A stretch of DNA of 64,000 nucleotides from Alkalispirochaeta sp. (GCA_965601925.1 OZ271854.1:4768001-4832000), one strand, 5' to 3'; positions 28,183 to 38,490 are shown, numbered from the stretch's first letter. The notes: a model not told the origin generated them from the sequence alone. Numbers and translations are program-made.

Positions 28183-28896
28183 TCATGTGGTATGGCTGTT
28201 TCCGCTATTCATCCAGTCTTGGCGCAGAGCGCTCACCAACGGCACCGCCGTCCCTCCGAGCTCATCGATGCGCTCTTTGCACGACTCGACCAGATCGTGT
28301 CGCATCGTTACGTATACGACCGGGAGCCCCGAGAGCTGCGTGATGCGCCGGCAGACCTCGTTTCCGTGAAGCAGATGGTCGCACACAGTCTCGTGCAGTA
28401 GATGGCCGTTGTTGACGAGTCCGGTGCAGTGGAGCCCCACCTCCTCCTCGATCGCCCGTATCGAGAGCAGTGTCGATTCGGCGTTGCGGTTCTCGGTCCG
28501 AAACGGATTGACGACGTAGAGCACCTCGGTGTCCTCAGTCGGTATATGGGGACGAAACTGTCGCAACGCCCGAGAGCCGGCGGCGTCGCCTCCCAAATCG
28601 ATGATGACGTGGCGATCTTGATCGTGGAGCGCCGGAACGATCGTTCCGGGAATCGCCGGTACATCTACTCCGAAGTCGATTTCGAGGCTGTTGCCGATGA
28701 CGGTAATGTCGCGCTCCGCGAGAAGTGAACGCGCCTCCCTGCTGCGAAAGTACGGATTGACGACGTCGAGATCGATGAGAGTGATCGGCAGCTCGGGTCG
28801 CCGAGCGCGCATCCAAAGGGCCAACCCGACCGAGCATTCGCTTTTGCCGGTCCCGTAGTGCCCTACGATGATCGTAACACGATTCGCTTCGCTCAC
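28183..28896 (-). CDS. P-loop ATP-binding protein of unknown function (MinD/CobQ-like)
   Basis: GHYGTGKSE, DLDVVNPYFRSRE, IIDLGGD..G, VVNPFR, GLVNN.HL..ET; GTGA overlap with buk stop. Confidence 0.85.
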   Translation of the reverse strand: MSEANRVTIIVGHYGTGKSECSVGLALWMRARRPELPITLIDLDVVNPYFRSREARSLLAERDITVIGNSLEIDFGVDVPAIPGTIVPALHDQDRHVIIDLGGDAAGSRALRQFRPHIPTEDTEVLYVVNPFRTENRNAESTLLSIRAIEEEVGLHCTGLVNNGHLLHETVCDHLLHGNEVCRRITQLSGLPVVYVTMRHDLVESCKERIDELGGTAVPLVSALRQDWMNSGNSHTT

Positions 28897-30023
28897 GAGC
28901 GTCCACCGCCTACCGACGCGTGCCGGTCTACGTTCACCGGAGCGCCGGTATACTCGTACGCCTCCTCTTCGCCGCGGAGGACGCGTAACGCCCCCTCGGC
29001 GAGGGCGATCATCTCGTTTTCGCCGGGATACACGAGAATGGGCGCAATCCATGCGACGCGTTCGGTAATCCAATCGACGAGCATATCGTCGTGGGCGAGT
29101 CCGCCGGTAAGAACAATCGCATCGGGGCGCTTCCCAAGGGCCGCGGCGGCCGCGCCGATCTCTCGCCCCACCTGCCACGCCATAGCGCGATAGATACGCT
29201 CGGCGCCGGCGTCTCCGGAGGCGATACGCTTTGCAATCTCTCGCGCGTCGTTCGTTCCGAGATACGCGACGAGTCCACCCTGACCCTTAATCATCTTTTT
29301 TACGGCGCCCTTGTCGTATCGGCCGGAAAAGCAGAGATCGACGAGCTTGAGCGCCGCAATACCGCCGCTTCGCTCCGGCGTAAAGGGCCCATCGCCGTTC
29401 AAGCCGTCGTTCACGTCGATGACACGTCCGTTTCTGTGAGAACCGACGGTGATACCGCCGCCCATATGAGCCACGACAAAGGAGACAGCACCGTAGTCGG
29501 CATTGAGCTCCCCTGCGGCGCGGCGCGCAACCGCCTTTTGATTGAGGGCGTGAAAGATGCTGGTACGGTCCAACCCCGGTATGCCCGAGGGACGCGCCAC
29601 CTCTTCGAGTTCGTCGACGACGACGGGATCGACGATGAACGACGGGATATCGCCCGCCTCATGCGCAATCTCGTCGGCCAGAATACCGCCGAGATTGGAG
29701 GCGTGCGCCCCGAGAACACCTTTGCGCAGGTCGACAATCATCGCCTCGTTAACGCGATACGTGCCGCCGTGCACCGGATGGATCAGGCCGCCCCGTCCTA
29801 CGGTGGCCGCCAACGAGGCGAGCGCAATGCGAGCACCCGCGAGGGCATCCAAAACGGCGCGCCTGCGTATGTCCAATTGGTCGTTGATCTCCTCGAACGC
29901 CGAGAGCTCATCGGCGCTATGGGTGAGGTTGCGCTCCATAATGCGCGTCGCTCCGTCGAAACAGGCGATCTTGGTGGAAGTGCTGCCGGGATTGATGGCG
30001 AGCACACGTTCCTGGTTAGCCAT
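28893..30023 (-). CDS. buk: Butyrate (branched-chain carboxylate) kinase
   Basis: INPGSTSTKIA, GRGG, HASNLG, DPVVVDE, HALNQKA, HMGGGI, GPFTPERSG, LTGGLA, YPGENEM. Confidence 0.95.
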   Translation of the reverse strand: MANQERVLAINPGSTSTKIACFDGATRIMERNLTHSADELSAFEEINDQLDIRRRAVLDALAGARIALASLAATVGRGGLIHPVHGGTYRVNEAMIVDLRKGVLGAHASNLGGILADEIAHEAGDIPSFIVDPVVVDELEEVARPSGIPGLDRTSIFHALNQKAVARRAAGELNADYGAVSFVVAHMGGGITVGSHRNGRVIDVNDGLNGDGPFTPERSGGIAALKLVDLCFSGRYDKGAVKKMIKGQGGLVAYLGTNDAREIAKRIASGDAGAERIYRAMAWQVGREIGAAAAALGKRPDAIVLTGGLAHDDMLVDWITERVAWIAPILVYPGENEMIALAEGALRVLRGEEEAYEYTGAPVNVDRHASVGGGRS

Positions 30024-30060
30024 GCGATACGCTCCGTCTGGTGTGGTACAGATACAGTGA

Positions 30061-30077
30061 TGCAACTACCATGCCAA
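30061..30077 (-). promoter_or_regulatory. Sigma54 (-24/-12) promoter of the buk-VOR-ptb operon
   Basis: Minus strand TTGGCATGGTAGTTGCA matches TGGCAC-N5-TTGCA with correct GG-N10-GC spacing; adjacent enhancer-binding protein gene. Confidence 0.88.
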
Positions 30078-30184
30078 CCCACTAAGAAGAACACCGACGA
30101 GCTAATTATTCAATTTTCTCTTCATAGAATTGTATTTTTAGAACTATTTTTGAATCAAAGATGAAGAGATCACTGAAGAAACAC

Positions 30185-30228
30185 GCAAAAAAATACGCAT
30201 ACGCAGAATATTGCACGCATTTTCTTGC
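30185..30228. promoter_or_regulatory. Candidate upstream activator sequences for the sigma54 activator
   Basis: GCA-N6-TGC palindromes GCAGAATATTGC (30203-30214) and GCATTTTCTTGC (30217-30228), weaker GCAAAAAAATAC (30185-30196). Confidence 0.55.
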
Positions 30229-30260
30229 GCACTTTACCGTAAGAAGTCCTCTCGGCGCCT

Positions 30261-32006
30261 TTAATGAATATCGTAGCGCTTCATTTTGTACTGCAGGGCT
30301 CGCACACTGATACCGAGTGCCGCAGCACACCGCGTGCGATTTCCCCCACAGTGCCCGAGTACGGAACGGATGTGGCGAGACTCGGCCGCAGCCACCACCG
30401 GCGCAAGTTCGTCCTCGCTCGTAGCGATGTCGTTGTACCGTGCAACGGCCGTATCGATGGGATTTTGGTGATCGCCGTCGCTACAGCCGTCGGAACGCGT
30501 ACCGAGTTCCGCCAAATGGTCGGCGGCGATCACCGTCTCCTCCAGCCCCATGGCCACGACCGCCCGACGCAACGCATTTTCCAGTTCACGAACATTTCCG
30601 GGCCACGGATGGGCGGCGAGGACCGCCGTTGCCGCCGGATCGATCCCGTCCACCGCCCGTCCGTACTCGGAGTTGATCTTTTCCAAAAGGGTTCGCGCCA
30701 GAAGCGGAATATCCCGAACTCGCTCGCGCAAAGGCGGTATGAGGACCGGCACGACGTGGAGACGGTAGTACAAATCCTCGCGAAATCGCCCCGTGCGGAT
30801 CTCGGCGGCAAGGTCGAGGTTGGTCGCGGCGATGACGCGTACGTTGATCGGGATCGCGTCGTTCCCGCCGACGCGGCGCACCTCTCGCTCCTGGAGCACA
30901 CGGAGGAGTTTCGCTTGAGTATTGAGGCTCATGAGCCCCACCTCGTCGAGAAAGATCGTGCCCCCGTGCGCCTCCTCGAACAGGCCTCGGCGCCCCCCTT
31001 TTCGCGCGCCGGTGAAGGCACCCCCTTCGTATCCGAAGAGCTCACTCTCGAGCACGCTCTCGGAAAGAGCCGCACAGTTGACCCGAATGAACCGCGCGTT
31101 CCGGCGCTCGCTTGCGTTGTGAATCGCGTGAGCAAACAACTCCTTGCCGGTTCCGCTCTCTCCCCGCAGTACCACCGTCGCCGGAGTACCGGCGGCGGCC
31201 CGCGCCCGCTTTAAGGCCTCGACAAACGCCGGTTCGCTTCCGACCACGTCGTCGAATGTGTAGCGCGCCTCCAACTTTCGGATGGTCGCGTGTGCGTCGG
31301 CGAGCTGCCCGTGCAGCTGTATCAGTTCGCTCACGTCCTTAATGACCGCAACCGAGCCCTTGATGCGGCCGTTCACGATGATAGGGTTGGCGTCCACGAT
31401 AACGTCCCGCTTGTAGCGTCCCACCTTGAGCCGCTCGTTACGCACCGGCCGCCCGGTCTGAACGACTTTCATGTGAATGCTGTCGCCGCTGGCGATGTCG
31501 ACGGTGCAGGGACGGCCCAATACGTCCTCTTGGCTGAGGCCCGTTACGCGTGTATAGGCGGGGTTTACCAATACGCCCCGACCACGCTCATCCACGACCG
31601 ATATGGCGTCTTGAGTACTCTGAAAGATCGCCTCATTGAGGACGCGAATCTCCCGAAGGTTGGTTATCTCCTCGGCGAGGCGCTGTAGTTCGCTGATATC
31701 GCGAAATATCGCCGCCGCTCCGATGATCGCCCCCGCCTCGTCGCGGATCGGATAGCGGCTCGTAACGATGGTGACTTCGCGCCACGTCAACTGTTGATCC
31801 GTCTCGGCGACTCCCGTCTCTATGACGTCGGGTAGCCTCGTGACGGGAATTACCGCTTCGATCGATTCTCCCACCGCCACGGCCCGCTCGATTCCGAGGA
31901 TACGTTCCGCCGCGGGATTGAAAAAAGTGATAATCCGGTCGCGATTGACCGCGATGATGCCGTCGGAGGTGCTATTGACCAGGAGCAGTATTTCCCGGCT
32001 CTCCAT
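30261..32006 (-). CDS. Sigma54-dependent activator, PAS-PAS-AAA+-Fis HTH (BkdR/RocR-like)
   Basis: GESGTGKE, ESELFGYEGGAFTGA, FLDEV, FREDLYYRL, WPGNVRELEN, C-terminal HTH. Confidence 0.93.
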   Translation of the reverse strand: MESREILLLVNSTSDGIIAVNRDRIITFFNPAAERILGIERAVAVGESIEAVIPVTRLPDVIETGVAETDQQLTWREVTIVTSRYPIRDEAGAIIGAAAIFRDISELQRLAEEITNLREIRVLNEAIFQSTQDAISVVDERGRGVLVNPAYTRVTGLSQEDVLGRPCTVDIASGDSIHMKVVQTGRPVRNERLKVGRYKRDVIVDANPIIVNGRIKGSVAVIKDVSELIQLHGQLADAHATIRKLEARYTFDDVVGSEPAFVEALKRARAAAGTPATVVLRGESGTGKELFAHAIHNASERRNARFIRVNCAALSESVLESELFGYEGGAFTGARKGGRRGLFEEAHGGTIFLDEVGLMSLNTQAKLLRVLQEREVRRVGGNDAIPINVRVIAATNLDLAAEIRTGRFREDLYYRLHVVPVLIPPLRERVRDIPLLARTLLEKINSEYGRAVDGIDPAATAVLAAHPWPGNVRELENALRRAVVAMGLEETVIAADHLAELGTRSDGCSDGDHQNPIDTAVARYNDIATSEDELAPVVAAAESRHIRSVLGHCGGNRTRCAAALGISVRALQYKMKRYDIH

Positions 32007-32060
32007 ATTCGACTCCGTTGTACCTGTCGATGCGCGCCGGCAGCGGGTGCATGCGCCGGA

Positions 32061-32669
32061 TCAGTTCATGGACGGTTTGAATCCCGTCTCGGCTACGATC
32101 CGGTAAAAGCTGCCTTTTCTACTCAACGCCTCTTTCCATCCCTCTTCGGGCTCCGAACGAAACACGACATCGGCCTCGGCTCTGTGGATATACCACGCAT
32201 CCTCGGCGATCTCGCCCTCCAGCTGTTCCGGGCCCCATCCCGAGTAGCCGGCGCACACCTTAATGAGCGGTCGCTGTCCGACGGCGAGAGTGTGGTAGTC
32301 TTCGGACCGTGAGTAGTCGATCACGTGTTGAAACGAGGGCTCGAAGAAGATACCCGCCGTCGGTTCCTCGCTATGTTCGCTGCGATACCGTTCCGGGATA
32401 CCGGAGTGGAGCGCGAACACGTAGTTCTGCTGGACCGGCCCGCCGACGAAGACGGGAATCTTTGCCAGAGGGGATGTATCGAGCCCCTCTATCACCTCGC
32501 CCGCGGTCACCTCACTCTGCCGATTGACCACCAACCCGAACGCCCCGTCGCCGTTGTGGTGAATGATGAGCACCACGGTACGAAAGAAATTAGGATCCTG
32601 CAGCTCCGTTTCGGCAATGAGGAAATATCCCGCCAGATCGTGTGGAACGGGGTGCTCGTTCGAGTCCAT
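32061..32669 (-). CDS. YqgE/AlgH family protein (UPF0301)
   Basis: DPNFFRTVVL, GAFGLVVNR, FVGGPV, GYSGWGPEQLEGEI...W, PSMN end. Confidence 0.92.
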   Translation of the reverse strand: MDSNEHPVPHDLAGYFLIAETELQDPNFFRTVVLIIHHNGDGAFGLVVNRQSEVTAGEVIEGLDTSPLAKIPVFVGGPVQQNYVFALHSGIPERYRSEHSEEPTAGIFFEPSFQHVIDYSRSEDYHTLAVGQRPLIKVCAGYSGWGPEQLEGEIAEDAWYIHRAEADVVFRSEPEEGWKEALSRKGSFYRIVAETGFKPSMN

Positions 32670-32772
32670 ACCAATAGTATACGCCGATGTGCGATTCGAC
32701 ATAACCCCGTAGCGGTGTCGTGTGGTACCTGCGGTTCAACGGATCTCCGACGACGCGGGACGTTCCATCGAT

Positions 32773-33546
32773 CTATATGCGTGCGAGCGCGGCGATATCG
32801 CCCACCTTCTTTCTCGTCGCTTCGTATCCGCGTTCGATCGCCTCATCGATACGGCCCAAGTCGGCGTAGCGAAAGCCGCTCAGATCGGGCTCGATCGTCA
32901 CATCGGCGGCGGCCTTGCCCTTTTGACTCATGCCGGCGATGAGGATATTGAAGCTGCAGAAGAGTACATCGATCAGATGGTCCGGCGTTTTGTTTTTGGT
33001 GCGGTCGGCGTTCAGATCGACGCCGATAACCACCTCGGCACCCAACTCTCTCGCGATATCGCCGGGGACCTCGTTGACTAATGCGCCGTCGACCAGTAAC
33101 CGTCCGTCGACCTCGACGGGCTCGAATACGACCGGAACGCTACAGCTCGCGCGCACCGCCGCGGCGATCGAGCCTTGCGAGAACAGGACCGCCTCACCGG
33201 TCGTGATATCGGCCGCCACGGTCGCAAAGGGCGTATCGAGATCGGAGAACGACTTGCCGTGGGTCAACTCGGAGAGTACGCGTTCGAGCTTCGTCGCTTG
33301 GACGAGTCCGCGCTTGGGCCACGTAACGCCGACCAAGTCGGACCAATCGACATCGCGTGCGCGACGCTCCAACTCGTGCCAGTCGTAACCGCACACCACA
33401 AGCGCTCCGATCAAACTTCCCACGCTGGTACCGGTTACGCAGTCGACTCCGATGTCCGCCTCGTGGAGACATTTCAGCACACCGATGTGCGCCATGCCCC
33501 GCGCACCGCCGCCGCCGAGGGCGAGCCCGACTCTTCGACGTTTCAA
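32773..33546 (-). CDS. Patatin-like phospholipase (RssA/NTE family)
   Basis: LGGGGARG.AHIGV, GTSVG nucleophile, RASCSVP, LVDGA; TTG start overlapping the upstream stop. Confidence 0.92.
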   Translation of the reverse strand: MKRRRVGLALGGGGARGMAHIGVLKCLHEADIGVDCVTGTSVGSLIGALVVCGYDWHELERRARDVDWSDLVGVTWPKRGLVQATKLERVLSELTHGKSFSDLDTPFATVAADITTGEAVLFSQGSIAAAVRASCSVPVVFEPVEVDGRLLVDGALVNEVPGDIARELGAEVVIGVDLNADRTKNKTPDHLIDVLFCSFNILIAGMSQKGKAAADVTIEPDLSGFRYADLGRIDEAIERGYEATRKKVGDIAALARI

Positions 33547-35528
33547 AGCGACGCGAGAATCTGCTCGACTTCGCCGCGGTTCGCGTAGTTCGGGTTACCC
33601 GTCAACAACTCGTCGAGCACGGTACGCGCCGCGTCGGGATCCTCCTGGGCCACGTACAACTCGCCCAAGCGGTGATACGCAAGCCAAAAGCGCGGATTGA
33701 TCTTGACGACGTCGTTGAGGGCGCGCTCCGCACGATCCAACTGCTCGGCCTCGAGATACGCCAGGGCGAGGTTGTAGTGCACCTGCGCCTCGTTGGGCCG
33801 AATACCGATCGCGGTGTTGAAGTGGTTGATCGCCTGATCGTACAGCCGTAGATCGAGATATACATTTCCGAGGTTATTGTTAATCTCGAAGCCGTCGGGA
33901 GCGCGACGATAGGCGGTAGTAAGGACCTGCAACGCCTGCTCGTGCGAACCCTGCTCGTTTAACAGCCGACCGAGCTCAATCAAGGAACGGTCGTACGTCC
34001 CGTCACGCTGCACCGCGGTCATGTGCGCCTCGATCGCCGCCTCGCGGTTCTCGAGCCCCTCGTGAATCTTTCCGAGGGTGAAGTAGTACTCCGGCGGGTC
34101 GTCGTCGAGCTGGATCGCCCTGAGAATGAGCGGAAGCGCCTCACGCTCCTTGCCGATCTCACTCTTAACGAGCGCGGCGTTGTAATTATGCAGCGCGCTG
34201 ACGGGCTCAAGGTCGACGGCGCGATCGAACTCGCGCTCGGCGTCGGTCAGGCGTCCCTGACGATAGAAGGCGGTCGCGAGTCGTGAGAAATAACGCGCAT
34301 CGCCGTCGTGAAGATCGATCGCCTGCCGGAAGCTCTCCTCGGCACCGCCGAGATCGCCGCCACTCAGAAGAATCGTTCCGATCCGATAGTACGCCCGGTG
34401 GTCGTCGGCACTCACCTCCACGGCAAAACGGAACGCCTCGAGTGCACGCGCGCTATCTCGCAACTGCAGATTGGTGATACCGAGATTGTGGTAGGCGTTG
34501 GGGTAAAACGGGTCGATACGCACCGCACCCTCGTAACTCGAGCGTGCCGCACGGAACTCGCCGGCCCGAAACTGCGCCCGAGCCAACTCATAGAGTACCG
34601 CCGCGCTGTCGGGATTGAGTCGCGCGGCTGCGGAGTAAGAGGTGGTGGCGTCGTCGTAACGTTCGGTCTCGTAGTAGACCTGACCCAGGGCGTAGTGCGC
34701 TTCCCACACATCGTCGTTGCGTTCGATCGCGCGGTTGGCGTACTGAATCGCCTCCTGCCGATTGCGCGGACTGGTCGGATCCTCGGCGATATGGCTCAAC
34801 GCCATCACGGCGAGCGCCTCGGCGTGGAGACGATCCTCCATGTTCCGATCGTCGAGCGTCACGTCGAGCGCACGCTCCAAGTTGCTGCGCGCCCTAATAT
34901 GGTCGCCATCGTCCACCAAGTTCCGGGCCGTATCGAGAGCGTCTTGGATCGACTCGGTCCTGCTACGTTCCTCCGCGCTTAACCGTGCAAGCTCCGCTTG
35001 ACGTTCCTCCTCGGCACGCTCTTCGGCCTCGACCCTTCGACGTTCCTCGGCGACGCGTTGCTCGGCGAGTTCGCGCTGTACGGCCAGTTCCGCCTCTCGT
35101 CTTCGCGCTTCGGCCTCGACGCGGCGCGCCTCCGCCTCCGCTTGTTGCGCCGCCAGGGCCAACGCCTCGGTGTCTTGGTTCGGCCTATTGCCGTCCGCCA
35201 ATGCGTCGGCCCGTTGTTGCGCGGCGATTGCGGCGTCGCGTAGGACCCGCGCCTCTTCGTCATCGGCGTTCTCGATGAGTATGGAATCGAGAAGATCCAA
35301 TGCGCGCTGATACTCGCCGCGGTCGATATACTCGCGAGCGAGGGACAACGTATTTCTGCGGCGCTGCTCTGAACGCGCAGCGTCCTCGTCGGCGGTCGTT
35401 ACTGCGGCGGCGTCTGCGGGTGTCGCGGCTCCGTCGCTGCGCAGGAGCAATAAAAGCGTGACGCCCAACGCGACGACCGCCAACGCTATTCCACCGGCGA
35501 TAAAGATCCGTGTTCTGGATCGACTCAT
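33543..35528 (-). CDS. Membrane-anchored TPR-repeat protein
   Basis: N-terminal TM helix, charged coiled coil, many TPR units (AHYALG, AYHNLG, VHYNLA). Confidence 0.88.
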   Translation of the reverse strand: MSRSRTRIFIAGGIALAVVALGVTLLLLLRSDGAATPADAAAVTTADEDAARSEQRRRNTLSLAREYIDRGEYQRALDLLDSILIENADDEEARVLRDAAIAAQQRADALADGNRPNQDTEALALAAQQAEAEARRVEAEARRREAELAVQRELAEQRVAEERRRVEAEERAEEERQAELARLSAEERSRTESIQDALDTARNLVDDGDHIRARSNLERALDVTLDDRNMEDRLHAEALAVMALSHIAEDPTSPRNRQEAIQYANRAIERNDDVWEAHYALGQVYYETERYDDATTSYSAAARLNPDSAAVLYELARAQFRAGEFRAARSSYEGAVRIDPFYPNAYHNLGITNLQLRDSARALEAFRFAVEVSADDHRAYYRIGTILLSGGDLGGAEESFRQAIDLHDGDARYFSRLATAFYRQGRLTDAEREFDRAVDLEPVSALHNYNAALVKSEIGKEREALPLILRAIQLDDDPPEYYFTLGKIHEGLENREAAIEAHMTAVQRDGTYDRSLIELGRLLNEQGSHEQALQVLTTAYRRAPDGFEINNNLGNVYLDLRLYDQAINHFNTAIGIRPNEAQVHYNLALAYLEAEQLDRAERALNDVVKINPRFWLAYHRLGELYVAQEDPDAARTVLDELLTGNPNYANRGEVEQILASL

Positions 35529-35541
35529 AGTCTAGTGCCTC

Positions 35542-36390
35542 TCAGTCCAAAATATCGATGTCTTCTTCGTAGGTTCGGATATCTTCGTTATCCAACTCGA
35601 AGCTCTGCGCCTCGTCAGTCGCCGTGCTCAGCGACTGCAGAACCGAATCCAGCACCGCTTGGCGACGCGCTTCGGCCGCGCGTAACTCTTCTTCGACACG
35701 ACGCTCCTCGGCGATTCTCACCGCTTCCTCGCGCCGTGAACGCTCCTCCTCGGCAACGCGTCGCGCCTCCTCTTCGGCGATGCGACGCTCTTCCTCCTGC
35801 TCCTGCCTCATACGCTCCGTCTCGATCGTCTGCGTGAGAAGGACGATCATCCGTTCAATCTCGGAGCGTTGCGCGCTACTCGGCCTGAGCGCCAAATAGA
35901 ACTGGTAGTCTCGGACCGCATCGTCGTATCCTCCCAACGATACGTGCGTGTTGGCGCGGTTGAGGTAGGAGGAGGCCATCGCACCGTCGAACTCAAGCGA
36001 GGCGCTGTACATCTCCACCGCGGCGGCGTCTCGGTCCTGACGCGCATACAGCGCCCCGAGATCGAAGGCGAACCGCGACCGTTCGGGGCCGGTCAGCCAA
36101 TCGCGCTCCATGCCTTGACGGAGCACGACTTCCGCCTCGACGACCCGCCCCGTTTGCTCAAGAACAAAGGCGAGCATGCGAACCGCCTCGGCGTCGGACG
36201 GATCGGACGAGACGGCCAACTCCAGAAGCGGCAGCGCCTCGTCCAGCCGATTGTGCTGCAACGCATCGACGGCGCGCTCGCGCACGTCGGTCGCAGCCGG
36301 CTGCTGGGCCCTCGTCGCCGGGGTCGCGAAGAATAAGGAGGCGATGAGCAGCGCAGCGACACCGCCGGTCGACCCGCATCGACGCTGCAC
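35542..36390 (-). CDS. Secreted TPR protein with charged coiled-coil C-terminus
   Basis: GGAGG SD 9 nt before GTG 36390, signal peptide ending TRA-Q, TPR units, EEERR-rich tail. Confidence 0.78.
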   Translation of the reverse strand: MQRRCGSTGGVAALLIASLFFATPATRAQQPAATDVRERAVDALQHNRLDEALPLLELAVSSDPSDAEAVRMLAFVLEQTGRVVEAEVVLRQGMERDWLTGPERSRFAFDLGALYARQDRDAAAVEMYSASLEFDGAMASSYLNRANTHVSLGGYDDAVRDYQFYLALRPSSAQRSEIERMIVLLTQTIETERMRQEQEEERRIAEEEARRVAEEERSRREEAVRIAEERRVEEELRAAEARRQAVLDSVLQSLSTATDEAQSFELDNEDIRTYEEDIDILD

Positions 36391-36432
36391 ACTCCTTTTC
36401 CTCCATTTTGACCCGAAGGGCGGGGTCCTATC

Positions 36433-36461
36433 TTGCCACTTACGGCCTCGGTTATCATAAT
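36433..36461 (+). promoter_or_regulatory. Sigma70-type promoter of the TPR-Mrr operon
   Basis: TTGCCA (36433-36438), 17 bp, CATAAT (36456-36461), 8 nt before ATG 36470. Confidence 0.6.
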
Positions 36462-36469
36462 TACCGCAA

Positions 36470-37822
36470 ATGGGTTTCATAATCGTCATCGTCTTCCTGG
36501 GCGTCGGGATAGGCATTACAACCTTCTTTATCGTCAGAAACCTGGTTGCTCCCAAAAAAATAGCCCGCGTGGAACAACTTCTCAAGCAGAACAAACCGTC
36601 GGCGGCGATCAAAACGGCCAAGCAACTCCTCGCGAAGGATCAGCGCGACCCCGAGGTACACTATCTCCTCGGACGCGCATATTTTCAAGATCACAAGCCC
36701 GAACTCGCCCTGATGGAGTTCAAGATGGTCAATGAGATCGGTGTATTCGGAAAAGGAGTGCCGGAGGTGCCCTTTCGTCGCCAGATCGCCGAACTCTTCA
36801 GGCGGTACAACCAACCGGAGGAGGCGTTAAAGGAGTACCTCCTACTCCTCCAAAAGGACCCCAATACGGCGGACAACTACTTTCAAGCCGGGCAACTGTT
36901 CGAGGACCGTAATAAGGGAGCCAAGGCGGTCGGTTACTATCGCAAGGCGATCTCGCTCCAGCCGCGACACGGCCTGGCGTATCTCCGTCTGGGGCTTATT
37001 CTCTACCGAGCAAAGAAATACGCCGATGCAAAACAATATCTGGAAAAGGCTATTCGTTTCGAGTCGGATCACTACGAGGCGTACTACTACATCGGTCGCA
37101 TCCAAAAAGAGAGTAAAGACTTCGTCGGTGCGCTGAAGTCGTTCGAGTGGGCGACCAAGGCGCCGGACTACAAAATCAAGTCCCTCATCGAGCGTGGGAC
37201 GTGCTACATGGAGATGAATAACAACGACCGCGCCATCTCCGAGCTGGAGCGGGCGATCGGGCAGATCAAGACACCGGCCGAGGGCGATGCGCTCTGGGCG
37301 CGGTATTTTTTGGCCACCGCATACGAGCGCACCAGAAAGATCGAACGTGCGATTGAGCAGTGGGAGGCGATCTATCGCCAAAAACCCGGATTCCAGGATA
37401 TCGCCGAAAAGCTCTCGCAGTATCAAGAGCTGCGGCAAGACGATGTCGTAAAAGATTTTCTCACCGCGTCGCAGGGTGACTTTCGCGCTTTGTGCGAGCA
37501 GGCGACATCGGCGATGGGGCTGTCGGTTCAGTCGATTACCGACGAGAAGGACGGCGCGAGCCTCGTGGCGGTGGAGGCCAAGACGAACTGGCGCAATACC
37601 AAGGCGATGCCCTACATCGTACGATTCGTACGGGTAGCGGAGTTGATCGACGAAGCGACGGTGCGAGAAACCTACGAAGAGATGCGTAAACAGAACGTAA
37701 CGCGCGCCATTCTCGTTGCCAGCAGCAACTTTTCGAGAATGGCAATCGACTACGCGGAGTCACGGCCGATCGAGCTGTATAACAAAGACAAACTTCAGAA
37801 ACTCCTCAAGAGTAGCTCATGA
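36470..37822 (+). CDS. Membrane-anchored TPR protein with C-terminal Mrr-like restriction-endonuclease-fold domain
   Basis: N-terminal TM, TPR units, C-terminus F..LC....MG, VRETYEEM...V.RAILVASSNFSRMAIDYA..RPIELYN. Confidence 0.8.
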   Translation: MGFIIVIVFLGVGIGITTFFIVRNLVAPKKIARVEQLLKQNKPSAAIKTAKQLLAKDQRDPEVHYLLGRAYFQDHKPELALMEFKMVNEIGVFGKGVPEVPFRRQIAELFRRYNQPEEALKEYLLLLQKDPNTADNYFQAGQLFEDRNKGAKAVGYYRKAISLQPRHGLAYLRLGLILYRAKKYADAKQYLEKAIRFESDHYEAYYYIGRIQKESKDFVGALKSFEWATKAPDYKIKSLIERGTCYMEMNNNDRAISELERAIGQIKTPAEGDALWARYFLATAYERTRKIERAIEQWEAIYRQKPGFQDIAEKLSQYQELRQDDVVKDFLTASQGDFRALCEQATSAMGLSVQSITDEKDGASLVAVEAKTNWRNTKAMPYIVRFVRVAELIDEATVRETYEEMRKQNVTRAILVASSNFSRMAIDYAESRPIELYNKDKLQKLLKSSS

Positions 37823-38490
37823 GAATCCTTTGCGTCGCCGATCACGTCGATCCGCTCGTCTACAGTACCGCCGTCAGAAGCCGCTTCGGCGACGTCGATT
37901 TGGTTATCGGAGCCGGCGACCTGCCGATGGAGTATCTCGGGTTCATCGCATCGAGCCTCAATCGACCGATATGCTTCGTGTTCGGCAACCACAACCTCAA
38001 AGAGTTGCGCCATTTTCGACGCTCCGAGCGGCCGATGCTCGACGATACGAGCATAGCCTCCCAGATTCGCAACTACTACGGCGCAACCTGCTTAGAAGAT
38101 CGCGTACGCAAAGTGGAGGGGTTGCTGATCGCCGGTCTTGGCGGCAGCATGCGCTATAACGACGGGGATCATCAGTTCACCGAATTCGAGATGTACCGCC
38201 GTGTGTGGCGTCTCGTCCCCCGCCTCCTCTGGAATCGTTTGGTGCACGGCCGGTATCTCGATATCCTCGTGACGCACGCCTCTCCACGTGGTATCCATGA
38301 TAAAGAGGATTTGTGTCATACCGGATTCGGGAGTTTCTTGTGGTTCATGCGCGCCTTCAAGCCGCGTTATCTACTCCACGGGCACATCCACCTGTATGAT
38401 CTCAACGCCCAACGTGTGACCCGTTATGAGGAAACCGAGGTCATAAACGTCTATGATCACTTTGTGTTGGAATTGGAGGGGCGCCAATGA
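37819..38490 (+). CDS. Calcineurin-like metallophosphoesterase
   Basis: VADH, GAGDL, FGNHN, LVTHASP, LHGHIH; ATGA overlap with upstream gene. Confidence 0.9.
   Translation: MRILCVADHVDPLVYSTAVRSRFGDVDLVIGAGDLPMEYLGFIASSLNRPICFVFGNHNLKELRHFRRSERPMLDDTSIASQIRNYYGATCLEDRVRKVEGLLIAGLGGSMRYNDGDHQFTEFEMYRRVWRLVPRLLWNRLVHGRYLDILVTHASPRGIHDKEDLCHTGFGSFLWFMRAFKPRYLLHGHIHLYDLNAQRVTRYEETEVINVYDHFVLELEGRQ

Noticed and set aside
32773..33546. Patatin as a CBASS or other anti-phage effector
   Set aside because: Housekeeping RssA-like motifs; no cyclase, sensor or defence-island context.
36470..37822. Active type IV restriction enzyme
   Set aside because: Catalytic residues absent, membrane anchor present, core-genome neighbourhood.
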